Shown piece after piece: positions 1-9,061 of a stretch of 64,000 nucleotides of DNA; within the stretch, counting starts at the first letter, position 1, and every line of letters starts with the position of its first letter. Source of the DNA: Kiritimatiellia bacterium (GTDB taxonomy: Bacteria; Verrucomicrobiota; Kiritimatiellia; JAAZAB01); NCBI GenBank assembly GCA_040767085.1, contig JAXGPF010000010.1, positions 98,885-162,884 of the forward strand, in the 5' to 3' direction. Made by a program: the position numbers and the translations under genes. Under the pieces are notes generated by a model. That model ran no database searches. It was not told the origin of the DNA and saw nothing but the letters and a program-made list of their open reading frames with translations.

Positions 1-2
1 CC

Positions 3-1925
3 GGGATCAAGGCGCCGGGGAGCGGTGATCAGTCATCAGTGACCAGTGATCAGTCATCAGTGACCAGGGACCAGGGTGTTTACGAACAGCGCTACCAGTT
101 TCTGACGTCGGACAAAATGAAGCCGGCATGGCTGGCCTGGCGGGCGCAAAAGATGTACCAGTTTTTCGCGAAGGTGCAGGGGGAAATCCGGGCGGTGCGC
201 CCGGACCTGGAAACCGTCGCGGCGTGTTACCTGATGGCCGACCATGTTGCGGAATGGAAGCATCAGCAAATTCCATTCCGTGATTACCTCAACGATTGGG
301 GATGGGATCCCGAAATATACAAGGATCAACCGGGGCTCTGGCTGATGCCCTGGCTGCACGCCAATGCCCGGTACCGCCCGGCGGCCAGGACGATGGAATA
401 CGCCATGGGGTGGCAGGGCAATCACGATCCGGAATATTACCGGCCATTTGCCGGTTTTGACCGGCGCGCGCTGATGCTGACCATCAACTGGCACGAGGTG
501 GAACGCATTGCGGCGAACTTCCCGTACCAGCCGGGCTGGCCGCGGCCGTACCAGCAGACCATGATGGGCCAGCAGCGCGAGGAATTTGCGATGGAGCCCT
601 ACACCCAGGCACTGATCGGCTTCGACCCGCAGATGGTGATGATGGGCTTTACGGATGTGTCGCCCTATATCGGGGTGGAAGGGATGCAGCGTAAATTCGC
701 GCGGGTCCTGCGGCGCCTGCCGTGGGGCCGGTTCGAGCCGGTGCTGGGGACGGGATTCGACTCTAATCTTGCGATCCGGGGCCTGCCGGCGGAGGACGGG
801 TATTATTTTTACGTGGCCAATCCGGGGTATTGGCCAATCAAGGGCACGGTGACGTTGGAGGGAGCGGCGCAGGTGGGGGGCCTGGTGTCGGGCAAGACGT
901 TGCCGATGAAAAACGGCGCGATAGATGTGGAGCTTGAGCCCTTCGGCCTTGCCGCCTTCCGGGCATTGGCCGGCTCTTCCGCTGACCAACGATTACCGAT
1001 CACTGGTCAAAGTCTGCTTCCAAAAATCACCGCTTGGACCACCGCGCCGGTGTCTGAAAAAGAGCTGGCGCATATCCGAAGCATTTTGGATCAGGCCAAG
1101 GCGGCGATCGCCAGGCCGGACGTGGCCGGTTTCCTGGGGAGCGCGGATTACGGGATGCTGACGGGAACGGTCGCAACGGCTGAACAGGCGCTGGACGAAC
1201 AGCGTTATGCCCGGGCTTGGGACCTGGTGACCGACGCGTTTTTCTGGACCATCCTGTTCCAGAAGGTGCCGGAGATGCAGTTTGCCGATATCCTCAAGCC
1301 GCGCACAATGAACTCCGTGCGTTTAGGCAGCGGATTTGCTCCGAAAATTGACGGAGTCCTGAATGACCGTGTCTGGGAGGAGGCGCATGCCAAACCGGTG
1401 GATTATTTTGTCACCAAAGAGAAGACGTATTCACCTTTGAAAACGTTTGTCCGTCTGGCGCGTACGAAAGACCGCCTGTTTATCGCCTTCGAGTGCCATG
1501 ATCCCGCGCCGGGTAAAATCCGGGGCACAGCCGGCCTGGACGATGAGAAGCGGATATGGGAAGCCGCCGATGATCTGGCGGCGATCTTCATTGCGCCGGA
1601 CACGACGAATTACTACCAATTCGCGGTCAGCGCCAGCGGGGCTAAGTTTGACCAGCGCTGCCGGACTGACGGTTGGCGGGATTATGATTACGCCCCGCAA
1701 TGGCAGGCGGCGGTGCAAACTAACCGGGAGGGCTGGGTAGTGGAAATCGAAATTGACCTGGCGGATGCGTTCGCGCAGCGCATTGTCGCCGGCGCGGAAT
1801 GGAAAATCAATTTCCACCGCTGTTTCCGGCTTAATCAACAGCCATATTCCTCCTGGGTATATTCGCCCAACTGGCATTCCCTGGAACACATGGGGACCGT
1901 CCGTTTTGTGGAAATGAATCGGTAA
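3..1925 (+). CDS. 5'-truncated carbohydrate-active protein (GH-like region plus C-terminal CBM9/DOMON-like sugar-binding domain)
   Basis: Frame is open from the window edge. C-terminal APKIDGVLNDRVW...LFIAFECHD...YYQFAVSASG...GWVVEIEI...WKINFHR is typical of CBM9-like domains. Confidence 0.7.
   Translation, partial: GIKAPGSGDQSSVTSDQSSVTRDQGVYEQRYQFLTSDKMKPAWLAWRAQKMYQFFAKVQGEIRAVRPDLETVAACYLMADHVAEWKHQQIPFRDYLNDWGWDPEIYKDQPGLWLMPWLHANARYRPAARTMEYAMGWQGNHDPEYYRPFAGFDRRALMLTINWHEVERIAANFPYQPGWPRPYQQTMMGQQREEFAMEPYTQALIGFDPQMVMMGFTDVSPYIGVEGMQRKFARVLRRLPWGRFEPVLGTGFDSNLAIRGLPAEDGYYFYVANPGYWPIKGTVTLEGAAQVGGLVSGKTLPMKNGAIDVELEPFGLAAFRALAGSSADQRLPITGQSLLPKITAWTTAPVSEKELAHIRSILDQAKAAIARPDVAGFLGSADYGMLTGTVATAEQALDEQRYARAWDLVTDAFFWTILFQKVPEMQFADILKPRTMNSVRLGSGFAPKIDGVLNDRVWEEAHAKPVDYFVTKEKTYSPLKTFVRLARTKDRLFIAFECHDPAPGKIRGTAGLDDEKRIWEAADDLAAIFIAPDTTNYYQFAVSASGAKFDQRCRTDGWRDYDYAPQWQAAVQTNREGWVVEIEIDLADAFAQRIVAGAEWKINFHRCFRLNQQPYSSWVYSPNWHSLEHMGTVRFVEMNR
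23..78 (+). repeat. Tandem 7-bp repeats (CAGTGAY/CAGTCAT) in frame within the CDS
   Basis: cggtgat cagtcat cagtgac cagtgat cagtcat cagtgac cagggac cagggtg; encodes GDQSSVT-SDQSSVT-RDQG. Confidence 0.85.
982..1009 (-). repeat. Degenerate inverted copy of the 7-bp repeat tract inside the same CDS
   Basis: ctgacca acgatta ccgatca ctggtca; its reverse complement resembles TGAYCAG units. Confidence 0.5.
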
Positions 1926-2012
1926 ACAATCAGGGGGCCGGGGGGGGGTAAAAACAGGTGTTTTTAAAGGTTCACCGAAAGTTCGCCTTTCGGTAAAGTT
2001 GATAAACGGGCA

Positions 2013-2037
2013 ATGGAGGGCGAAGCTATGCTGAGCC
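2013..2037 (+). repeat. REP-like 25-bp element, copy 1
   Basis: ATGGAGGGCGAAGCTATGCTGAGCC; 24/25 identical to 57616-57640. Confidence 0.75.
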
Positions 2038-2147
2038 ATCCGTATCCATGGGATTCAGCATTGTTGCTCGACAAAATTATTTAAGTTGATCACATTTAAA
2101 AAAGTCAGGCCGCGGTTGTTCTTTCGGTCGGTTACAAGGGGGGTGTC

Positions 2148-3578
2148 ATGCACAAGTCGGCAATTCTATCGCTTTGTGTCGGATTGGCAGTAATATCCGC
2201 GGTCCGGGGCGCGACCTGGCACGTGGCCACGAACGGCGTGGATAACAGCGATCCCGGGCGCGGTTTGAGTTGGGATTTGCCCTTTGCCACGATCAGCAAT
2301 GCCGCCGCGCGCGCCAATACGAATGCCGGCAGCACAGTGCTCGTCTCCAACGGGATTTATTATGTCACCAACCACGTGAGTATCAGCAACGGGTGTGTCT
2401 GCCGGGGATTCAGCGGCGATCCCCGGAACGTCATTGTGGACGGCAGCGGCACGGCGCGCGTTTTTTTACTGACAAATGCCATGCTGGCGGCGGTGACGGT
2501 GACGAATGGCGCGCCACCAGCCATCAGTTTTACCGGCCATGGCGGCGGCGTCTATTGCGTGGGCGACGCCTGGGTATCGAATTGCGTCATCAGCGGGAAC
2601 CGCGGGCGTTTCGGCGGCGGAGTGTATCTCGGACCCAGCAGCGGCGTGTCGGATTGCCGCGTGGTCGGCAATACCGCCCCGGGGTCGGGGCGGGCCGGCG
2701 GCGTCTATATGGGGGCGGGCGGACAGCTTCTGCGCAGCCTCATCCATGCCAACTACTGCGAAGGCGAGGGCGGCGGTTTGTATCTGGGAGGGACGCCATT
2801 CATTTCCGGTTGCACCGTTTCAGAAAACGTTGCAACAAACCGTGACGGCGGTGGAATATATGACAAGTCGGCCACGGGTGTCATCGCCAATTGTCTGATT
2901 ATCAGTAATGCGGCCGCCCCCCTGGTTGGCGTTATCGGCCATGGAGGCGGATGCTACTTGGGCGGCTATTCCGTGTATTCAAACTGCGTTTTTGCCGGCA
3001 ACAGTGCGACGAATCTCAACAGTTACGGCGGCGGTGTATATCATACCGGATCCGCGATCTCGAATTGCTTGGTCAACTGCTTGTTTTACGAAAATCAGGC
3101 CTACCTTGGCGGAGGCGTTATGGTCTCTTCCGGGACATCCTCATGGTTTAACTGTACGTTTGTGAAAAATCAGACTGTCAGCTCGATCAATGCCGGCGCC
3201 GGCATATATTTTTACCCCCGCGAAAGCGTCAAAGGCCCGGTGGTCAATTGCATATTTTACGGCAACCTGGCTGCGAGTGGCTCGAATTATATCATCGGCG
3301 CCGGTACTGCGCCTTCTTTTATGAATTGCTGCGCCATGCCGGTTCTGGATGGCGGACTGAACGGCAATCTAGACGCGGACCCGGCCTTCCGTGAGCCGGC
3401 CGCGGACGATTACCGGCTCGCCGCCGCGTCGCCCTGTATCAACACGGGCACGAACCAGGATTGGATGGCGGCCGCCCCGGACCTGGAAGGGCGCCGGCGT
3501 CTGGATCGTTTTTCGCGGCGCGTGGATATGGGCGCTTATGAATATGTGCCGCGCGGCGCAATCATTTCATGCCGTTAA
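2148..3578 (+). CDS. Secreted right-handed parallel beta-helix protein with choice-of-anchor-Q-like C-terminus, copy 1
   Basis: Signal peptide; repeated GGGxY...NCxFxxN units; C-terminal DYRLAAASPCINTG...DLEG...VDMGAYEY. Confidence 0.85.
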   Translation: MHKSAILSLCVGLAVISAVRGATWHVATNGVDNSDPGRGLSWDLPFATISNAAARANTNAGSTVLVSNGIYYVTNHVSISNGCVCRGFSGDPRNVIVDGSGTARVFLLTNAMLAAVTVTNGAPPAISFTGHGGGVYCVGDAWVSNCVISGNRGRFGGGVYLGPSSGVSDCRVVGNTAPGSGRAGGVYMGAGGQLLRSLIHANYCEGEGGGLYLGGTPFISGCTVSENVATNRDGGGIYDKSATGVIANCLIISNAAAPLVGVIGHGGGCYLGGYSVYSNCVFAGNSATNLNSYGGGVYHTGSAISNCLVNCLFYENQAYLGGGVMVSSGTSSWFNCTFVKNQTVSSINAGAGIYFYPRESVKGPVVNCIFYGNLAASGSNYIIGAGTAPSFMNCCAMPVLDGGLNGNLDADPAFREPAADDYRLAAASPCINTGTNQDWMAAAPDLEGRRRLDRFSRRVDMGAYEYVPRGAIISCR

Positions 3579-3731
3579 ATCCGTTGTTCCTCCGGAACGG
3601 CCCGCAATATGCCGGCCCTCCCTGGCGCAATCCGGTTCCGCTTTTGAGCCGCCGTGGTCTAAACCGGTTTTACCGCGGAAGTGCGGCGGCAATCCCTGCG
3701 GCGATGACTTGCGCCCATTGCGTATCGCTGC

Positions 3732-3760
3732 TCGACAAGGATGCTGCGTCTTGCTAGTAT
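3732..3760 (+). promoter_or_regulatory. Putative sigma70 promoter of copy 2
   Basis: TCGACA-N17-TAGTAT; identical at 5419-5447. Confidence 0.55.
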
Positions 3761-3834
3761 TCGAATAGGATTCGGCGGTTGCCCCAGGCGGCGCGGGAGG
3801 AGTTTTAATCGGATAACCGGGGAAGGGGAGTTTT

Positions 3835-5265
3835 ATGTACAAAACGGCAGTTATATCGGTCTGTATCGGATTAGCGATGGCGGTCGCTGTTCAGGGCGCG
3901 ACCTGGCACGTGGCCACGAACGGCGTGGATAATAGCGATCCCGGGCGCGGTTTGAGTTGGGATTTGCCCTTTGCCACGATCAGCAATGCCGCCGCGTGCG
4001 CCAATACGAATGCCGGCAGCACAGTGCTCATCTCCAACGGGACTTATTATGTCACCAACCACGTGAGTATCAGCAACGGGTGCGTCTGCCGGGGATTCAG
4101 CGGCGATCCCCGGGACGTCATTGTGGACGGCAGCGCCATGGCGCGCGGATTTCTGGTGTCAAGCGCTCTGCTGGCGGCGGTAACCGTGACGAATGGCGCG
4201 CCACCAGCCATCAGTTTTACCGGCCATGGTGGCGGCGTCTATTGCGTGGGCGACGCCTGGGTGTCGAATTGCGTCATCAGCGGGAACCGCGGGCGTTTCG
4301 GCGGCGGAGTGTATCTCGGACCCAACAGCGGCGTGTCGGATTGCCGGGTGGTCGGCAATACCGCCCCGGGGTCGGGGCGGGCCGGCGGCGTCTATATGGG
4401 GGCGGGCGGACAGCTTCTGCGCAGCCTCATCCATGCCAACTACTGCGAAGGCGAGGGCGGCGGTTTGTATCTGGGAGGGACGCCATTCATTTCCGGTTGC
4501 ACCGTTTCAGAAAACGTTGCAACAAACCGTGACGGCGGTGGAATATATGACAAGTCGGCCACGGGTGTCATCGCCAATTGTCTGATTATCAGTAATGCGG
4601 CCGCCCCCCTGGTTGGCGTTATCGGCCATGGAGGCGGATGCTACTTGGGCGGCTATTCCGTGTATTCAAACTGCGTTTTTGCCGGTAACAGTGCGACGAA
4701 TCTCAACAGTTACGGCGGCGGTGTATATCATACCGGATCCGCGATCTCGAATTGCTTGGTCAACTGCTTGTTTTACGAAAATCAGGCCTACCTTGGCGGA
4801 GGCGTTATGGTCTCTTCCGGGACATCCTCATGGTTTAACTGTACGTTTGTGAAAAATCAGACTGTCAGCTCGATCAATGCCGGCGCCGGCATATATTTTT
4901 ACCCCCGCGAAAGCGTCAAAGGCCCGGTGGTCAATTGCATATTTTACGGCAACCTGGCTGCGAGCGGCTCGAATTATATCATCGGCGCCGGTACTGCGCC
5001 TTCTTTTATGAATTGCTGCGCCATGCCGGTTCTGGATGGCGGACTGAACGGCAATCTAGCCGCGGACCCGGCCTTCCGTGAACCGGAAGCGGACGATTAC
5101 CGGCTCGCCGCCGCGTCGCCCTGTATCAACACGGGCACGAACCAGGATTGGATGGCGGCCGCCCCGGACCTGGATGGGCGCCGGCGCCTGGATCGTTTTT
5201 CGCGGCTCGTGGATATGGGCGCTTATGAATATGTGCCGCGCGGCGCAATCATTTCATGCCGTTAA
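3835..5265 (+). CDS. Secreted beta-helix protein, copy 2
   Basis: 476 aa; nearly identical to copy 1 beyond about aa 112; different signal peptide. Confidence 0.85.
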   Translation: MYKTAVISVCIGLAMAVAVQGATWHVATNGVDNSDPGRGLSWDLPFATISNAAACANTNAGSTVLISNGTYYVTNHVSISNGCVCRGFSGDPRDVIVDGSAMARGFLVSSALLAAVTVTNGAPPAISFTGHGGGVYCVGDAWVSNCVISGNRGRFGGGVYLGPNSGVSDCRVVGNTAPGSGRAGGVYMGAGGQLLRSLIHANYCEGEGGGLYLGGTPFISGCTVSENVATNRDGGGIYDKSATGVIANCLIISNAAAPLVGVIGHGGGCYLGGYSVYSNCVFAGNSATNLNSYGGGVYHTGSAISNCLVNCLFYENQAYLGGGVMVSSGTSSWFNCTFVKNQTVSSINAGAGIYFYPRESVKGPVVNCIFYGNLAASGSNYIIGAGTAPSFMNCCAMPVLDGGLNGNLAADPAFREPEADDYRLAAASPCINTGTNQDWMAAAPDLDGRRRLDRFSRLVDMGAYEYVPRGAIISCR

Positions 5266-5418
5266 AATCCGTTGTTCCTCCGGAACGGCCCGCAACATGC
5301 GGGCCCTCCCCGGGCAATCCGGTTCCGCTTTTGAGCCGCCGTGGTCTAAACCGGTTTTACCGCGAAAGAGCGGCAGCAATCCCTGCGGCGATGACTTGCG
5401 CCCATTGCGTATCGCTGC

Positions 5419-5447
5419 TCGACAAGGATGCTGCGTCTTGCTAGTAT
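5419..5447 (+). promoter_or_regulatory. Putative sigma70 promoter of copy 3
   Basis: TCGACA-N17-TAGTAT. Confidence 0.55.
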
Positions 5448-5522
5448 TCGAATGGGTTTCGGCGGTTGCCCCAAGGCGGTGCGGTTGGAGTTTCGATCTG
5501 CTCAACCGGGAAGGAGCATGTT

Positions 5523-6953
5523 ATGCACAAGTCGGCAATTCTAATGCTTTGTGTCGGATTGGCAGTAGTATCCGCGGTCCGGGGCGCGACCTGGCACGTG
5601 GCCACGAACGGCGTGGATAACAGCGATCCCGGGCGCGGTTTAAGTTGAGATTTGCCCTTCGCCACGATCAGCAATGCCGCCGCGCGCGCCAATACGAATG
5701 CCGGCAGCGTCGTGCTCATCTCCAACGGGACTTATTATGTCACCAACCACGTGAGTATCAGCAACGGGTGCGTCTGCCGGGGATTCAGCGGCGATCCCCG
5801 GGATGTCATTGTGGACGGCGGCGCGTCAACCCGTGCTTTTTTAATGACGAATGCCGTGCTGGCTGCGGTCACTGTTACAAATTGCGCGCCACCGGCTGCC
5901 AGTTATTACGGGTATGGCGGGGGCGTTTATTGCGTGGGCGACGCCTGGGTGTCGAATTGCGTCATCAGCGGAAACCGCGGGCGTTTCGGCGGCGGAGTGC
6001 ATCTCGGGCCCAACAGCGGCGTGTCGGATTGCCGGCTGGTCGGCAATACCGCCCCCGGGGCGGCGCGGGCCGGCGGCGTTTATATGGGATGGGGCGGCCA
6101 GCTTCTGCGCAGCCTCGTCCATGCCAATTACTGTGAAGGCGAGGGCGGGGGATTGTATCTGGACGGGACTGTTTTGATTGCCGATTGCACAATTTCTGAA
6201 AACTTGACAACCAATAAAGACGGCGGAGGAATCATGGACAAAGCTGACATAGGCCTCATCGCCAATTGCCGGATTATCAATAATACCGCCGCGCCGTCGG
6301 ACGGGGTTACCGGCCATGGCGGCGGGGCCTACTTAGCCGGATATACCATTTATTCTAACTGCGTGTTTGGCGGTAACAGCGCGACGAATCTCAACAGTTA
6401 CGGCGGCGGTGTGTTTCAGACCGGCAATTTGGTCTCGAATAGCTTCGTCAACTGTTTGTTTTATGAAAATCAGGCCTACCTTGGCGGCGGCGCGTATATA
6501 TTTGCCGGGACATCGTCCTGGTTTAACTGTACCTTTGTGAAGAATGAGACCGTCAGCCTGCTCAATGCCGGCGCCGGCATCTATTTTTCCTCCCGTGAAT
6601 CCGTCAAGGGGCCGGTGGCCAATTGCATATTTTACGGCAACCTGGCTGCGAGCGGCTCGAATTATTTCATCGGCGCCGAGTCGGCGCCTGCTTTTGTCAA
6701 TTGCTGCGCCCTGCCGCTCCTGGATGGCGGGCTGAACGGCAATCTAGCCGCGGACCCGGCCTTCCGTGAGCCGGCCGCGGACGATTACCGGCTCGCCGCC
6801 GCGTCGCCCTGTATCAACACGGGCACGAACCAGGATTGGATGGCGGCCGCCCCGGACCTGGATGGGCGCCAGCGTCTGGATCGTTTTTCGCGGCTCGTGG
6901 ATATGGGCGCTTATGAATATGTGCCGCGCGGCGCAATCATTTCATTCCGTTAA
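5523..6953 (+). pseudogene. Secreted beta-helix protein, copy 3, with premature stop (Trp TGG->TGA at 5646-5648)
   Basis: ATG at 5523 (MHKSAIL); AGT TGA GAT here versus AGT TGG GAT in copies 1 and 2; frame otherwise intact to 6953. Confidence 0.85.
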
Positions 6954-7172
6954 ATCCGTTTTACGCCGGAACGGCCCGCAACATGCGGGCCCTCCCCGGG
7001 GTAATCCGGATGCCGATCATGGTTTTGTCTGCCGCCGATAACCATTCCGTCTTTTACCCCTAAAAAACATCCCCGCCGCGGTTTTTTGTTGAAAGATGCG
7101 GGCGAACCGGATTAAATGCCGGGTACGTTGGCCGGTGCGGGGATGTACCCGGGGGCCGGCGCCGGGACGGTC

Positions 7173-8258
7173 ATGCCAAAAAAATGCTTATTCATCATTA
7201 ACGGGCTGGGATTGGGGAATTCCACCCGGTGTTACGCCATCATCGAACAACTGCGCCGGCGCTGTTCAGAAGTGGAAATCCATGTGCTCACTTCCGGCAA
7301 TGGGCTGGAGTTTTTCCGGGGCAAGCCGGAAATCGCCACGCTGACCCCGATGGCGAATTTTTTCTACTCGGTGAAGAACAACCAGATCAGCGCCTGGCGG
7401 ACTTTTCTGTCGCTGGGCCGCCTGGTCCGGCTGGCCTGGCGGAAAAACCGCCAGGTGGCAGAAGCCTTGCGCCGGATCCAGCCGCACGCGGTGGTCACCG
7501 ACTCGGAATACACCGTGCGGCCGGCGCGCCGGCAGGGCATCCCGGTCCTGGCGGTGAACAATTCCGATGTGGTGGTCGCGGAATATTTCCGGCGTAAAGA
7601 CAAGCCTTGGGCCATCGCCGGCCAGTTCTGGCTGGTGGAGTTCATGGATTATTTGTTCCACCGCTTCCTGGTGAACGCGGTGATCAGTCCCGCGCCAGCG
7701 CGCCTCCCGGCGCGCCATCGGCGCGTCCGCCGCGTCGGATTGATCCTGCGCGATGAAGTGCGCCGCATGGCGCCCGCGCCCGCGCCGTTCCGCAATCCCC
7801 GCGCGCTCCGCGAAATGCTGTGCATGCTCAGCGGTTCCACCCTGGGCACCCGGAAAAATTTGCTCTTTCACGATTTGCCGTACCGTGTCGCGGTGATTGG
7901 ACGCGCGGGCCCCAGCGACGAGCGGGTTCGATATCACGGCCGCCTGATGCACAATACGCCGCACCTGGCGCAGGCCGACCTGCTGGTGGTGAACGGCGGC
8001 TTCAGCGCCGTCAGCGAGGCCTTGGCGTTGAACAAGCCGACCCTGGTGATCCCCGTGCCGCGGCATGCGGAGCAATATGTCAACGCCATGCTGGTGCGTG
8101 ATTTGGGGCGCGGCGATCTGACCACGGAAAACGCGGTGATCGAACGCATCAAGGAATTGTACGAAACCGACGCCTGGAGCGGATTCGCGCCGTACCAGCC
8201 TGACCTGTGCCTGGACGGCGCGCAGGAAGCCGCGGAAATCATCCTGGACTATCTATGA
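7173..8258 (+). CDS. Glycosyltransferase, GT-B fold (GT28/MJ1255-like)
   Basis: N-terminal GLGLGNSTRC; C-terminal ADLLVVNGGFSAVSEALALNKPTLVIP...EQYVNA. Confidence 0.85.
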   Translation: MPKKCLFIINGLGLGNSTRCYAIIEQLRRRCSEVEIHVLTSGNGLEFFRGKPEIATLTPMANFFYSVKNNQISAWRTFLSLGRLVRLAWRKNRQVAEALRRIQPHAVVTDSEYTVRPARRQGIPVLAVNNSDVVVAEYFRRKDKPWAIAGQFWLVEFMDYLFHRFLVNAVISPAPARLPARHRRVRRVGLILRDEVRRMAPAPAPFRNPRALREMLCMLSGSTLGTRKNLLFHDLPYRVAVIGRAGPSDERVRYHGRLMHNTPHLAQADLLVVNGGFSAVSEALALNKPTLVIPVPRHAEQYVNAMLVRDLGRGDLTTENAVIERIKELYETDAWSGFAPYQPDLCLDGAQEAAEIILDYL

Positions 8259-9061
8259 TCATCTGTGCCGATGATTTTGGCTTGAGTCCGGAGAATGACG
8301 CCGCCATCCTGGTCTTGGCGCGCGCCGGGCGTATTTCCGCTGTCAGCGTCATGGTGGCGGGATCCCGGCTTATTCCGGCGCTGGCGGCGGATTTGGCGGA
8401 ATTGGGCCCCGGCCTGGATATCGGCCTGCATCTGGTGTTGACGGATGAAGGCGGGCCGCTGGCCGGCGCGGCGGGTTCGCTGGGGGCGCGCGGCGGCGGT
8501 TTTTGCACGTTGGCGGAATTGCTGCGCCGGGCATACAGCGGGCGTATCCGCCCGCCGGATGCCCGGATGGAAATTCAAGCGCAAATCGCCGCCTTCCGCG
8601 CCTGTTTCGGCCGCGCTCCCGACCATCTGGACGGGCATCTGCACGTGCAGCAATTACCCGGTATCCGCGGGGCGGTGGCCGCCGCCGCGGCGGAACTATG
8701 CCGCGCCGCGCCTTGTTACGTGCGGCATGCCTGGCTGCCGCTGCCGGAGCTGCTGCGGGAAATGCGGCGCGCGGGCGGCTTCAAGCGGGCGGCGATTGCC
8801 GCCCCGGCCGGCCCGCTCCGCCGGCTCCTGTTGCGCCGCGCGGTGCCGACCAATCCGGGTTTTTTCGGCGTTTACGATTACCGGCGCTGGGAATTGTTTC
8901 CCCGGCATTTCGCGCATTTTCTCGCGGAGGCGCGCCGGCCAAACGACATCATCATGACTCATCCCGGACGGGGGGAGCCCTGGCGCAGCCTGGAGTTTGC
9001 CACATTGCGGGATGCCGAAGATCTCCGGCCTAATCGCTTCCGTCACGCCGCGCCAGCATGA
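8255..9061 (+). CDS. ChbG/HpnK/YdjC family deacetylase
   Basis: MIICADDFGL, GLHLVLTD, DHLDGHLHV, IMTHPG motifs; ATGA overlap with the upstream GT. Confidence 0.9.
   Translation: MIICADDFGLSPENDAAILVLARAGRISAVSVMVAGSRLIPALAADLAELGPGLDIGLHLVLTDEGGPLAGAAGSLGARGGGFCTLAELLRRAYSGRIRPPDARMEIQAQIAAFRACFGRAPDHLDGHLHVQQLPGIRGAVAAAAAELCRAAPCYVRHAWLPLPELLREMRRAGGFKRAAIAAPAGPLRRLLLRRAVPTNPGFFGVYDYRRWELFPRHFAHFLAEARRPNDIIMTHPGRGEPWRSLEFATLRDAEDLRPNRFRHAAPA

Larger units (their letters stand above)
2148..7010 (+). repeat. Triple tandem duplication, period 1687-1688 bp
   Basis: ATGs at 2148, 3835 and 5523; each gene spans 1431 nt; intergenic spacers 3579-3834 and 5266-5522 are highly similar. Confidence 0.95.

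Noticed and set aside
5646-5648. TGA recoding (Trp or Sec)
   Set aside because: Many genes here terminate at TGA and use TGG for Trp; the paralogous residue is Trp, not Cys.
2148-6953. Diversity-generating retroelement
   Set aside because: No reverse transcriptase in the window; differences are not adenine-specific; whole genes are duplicated.
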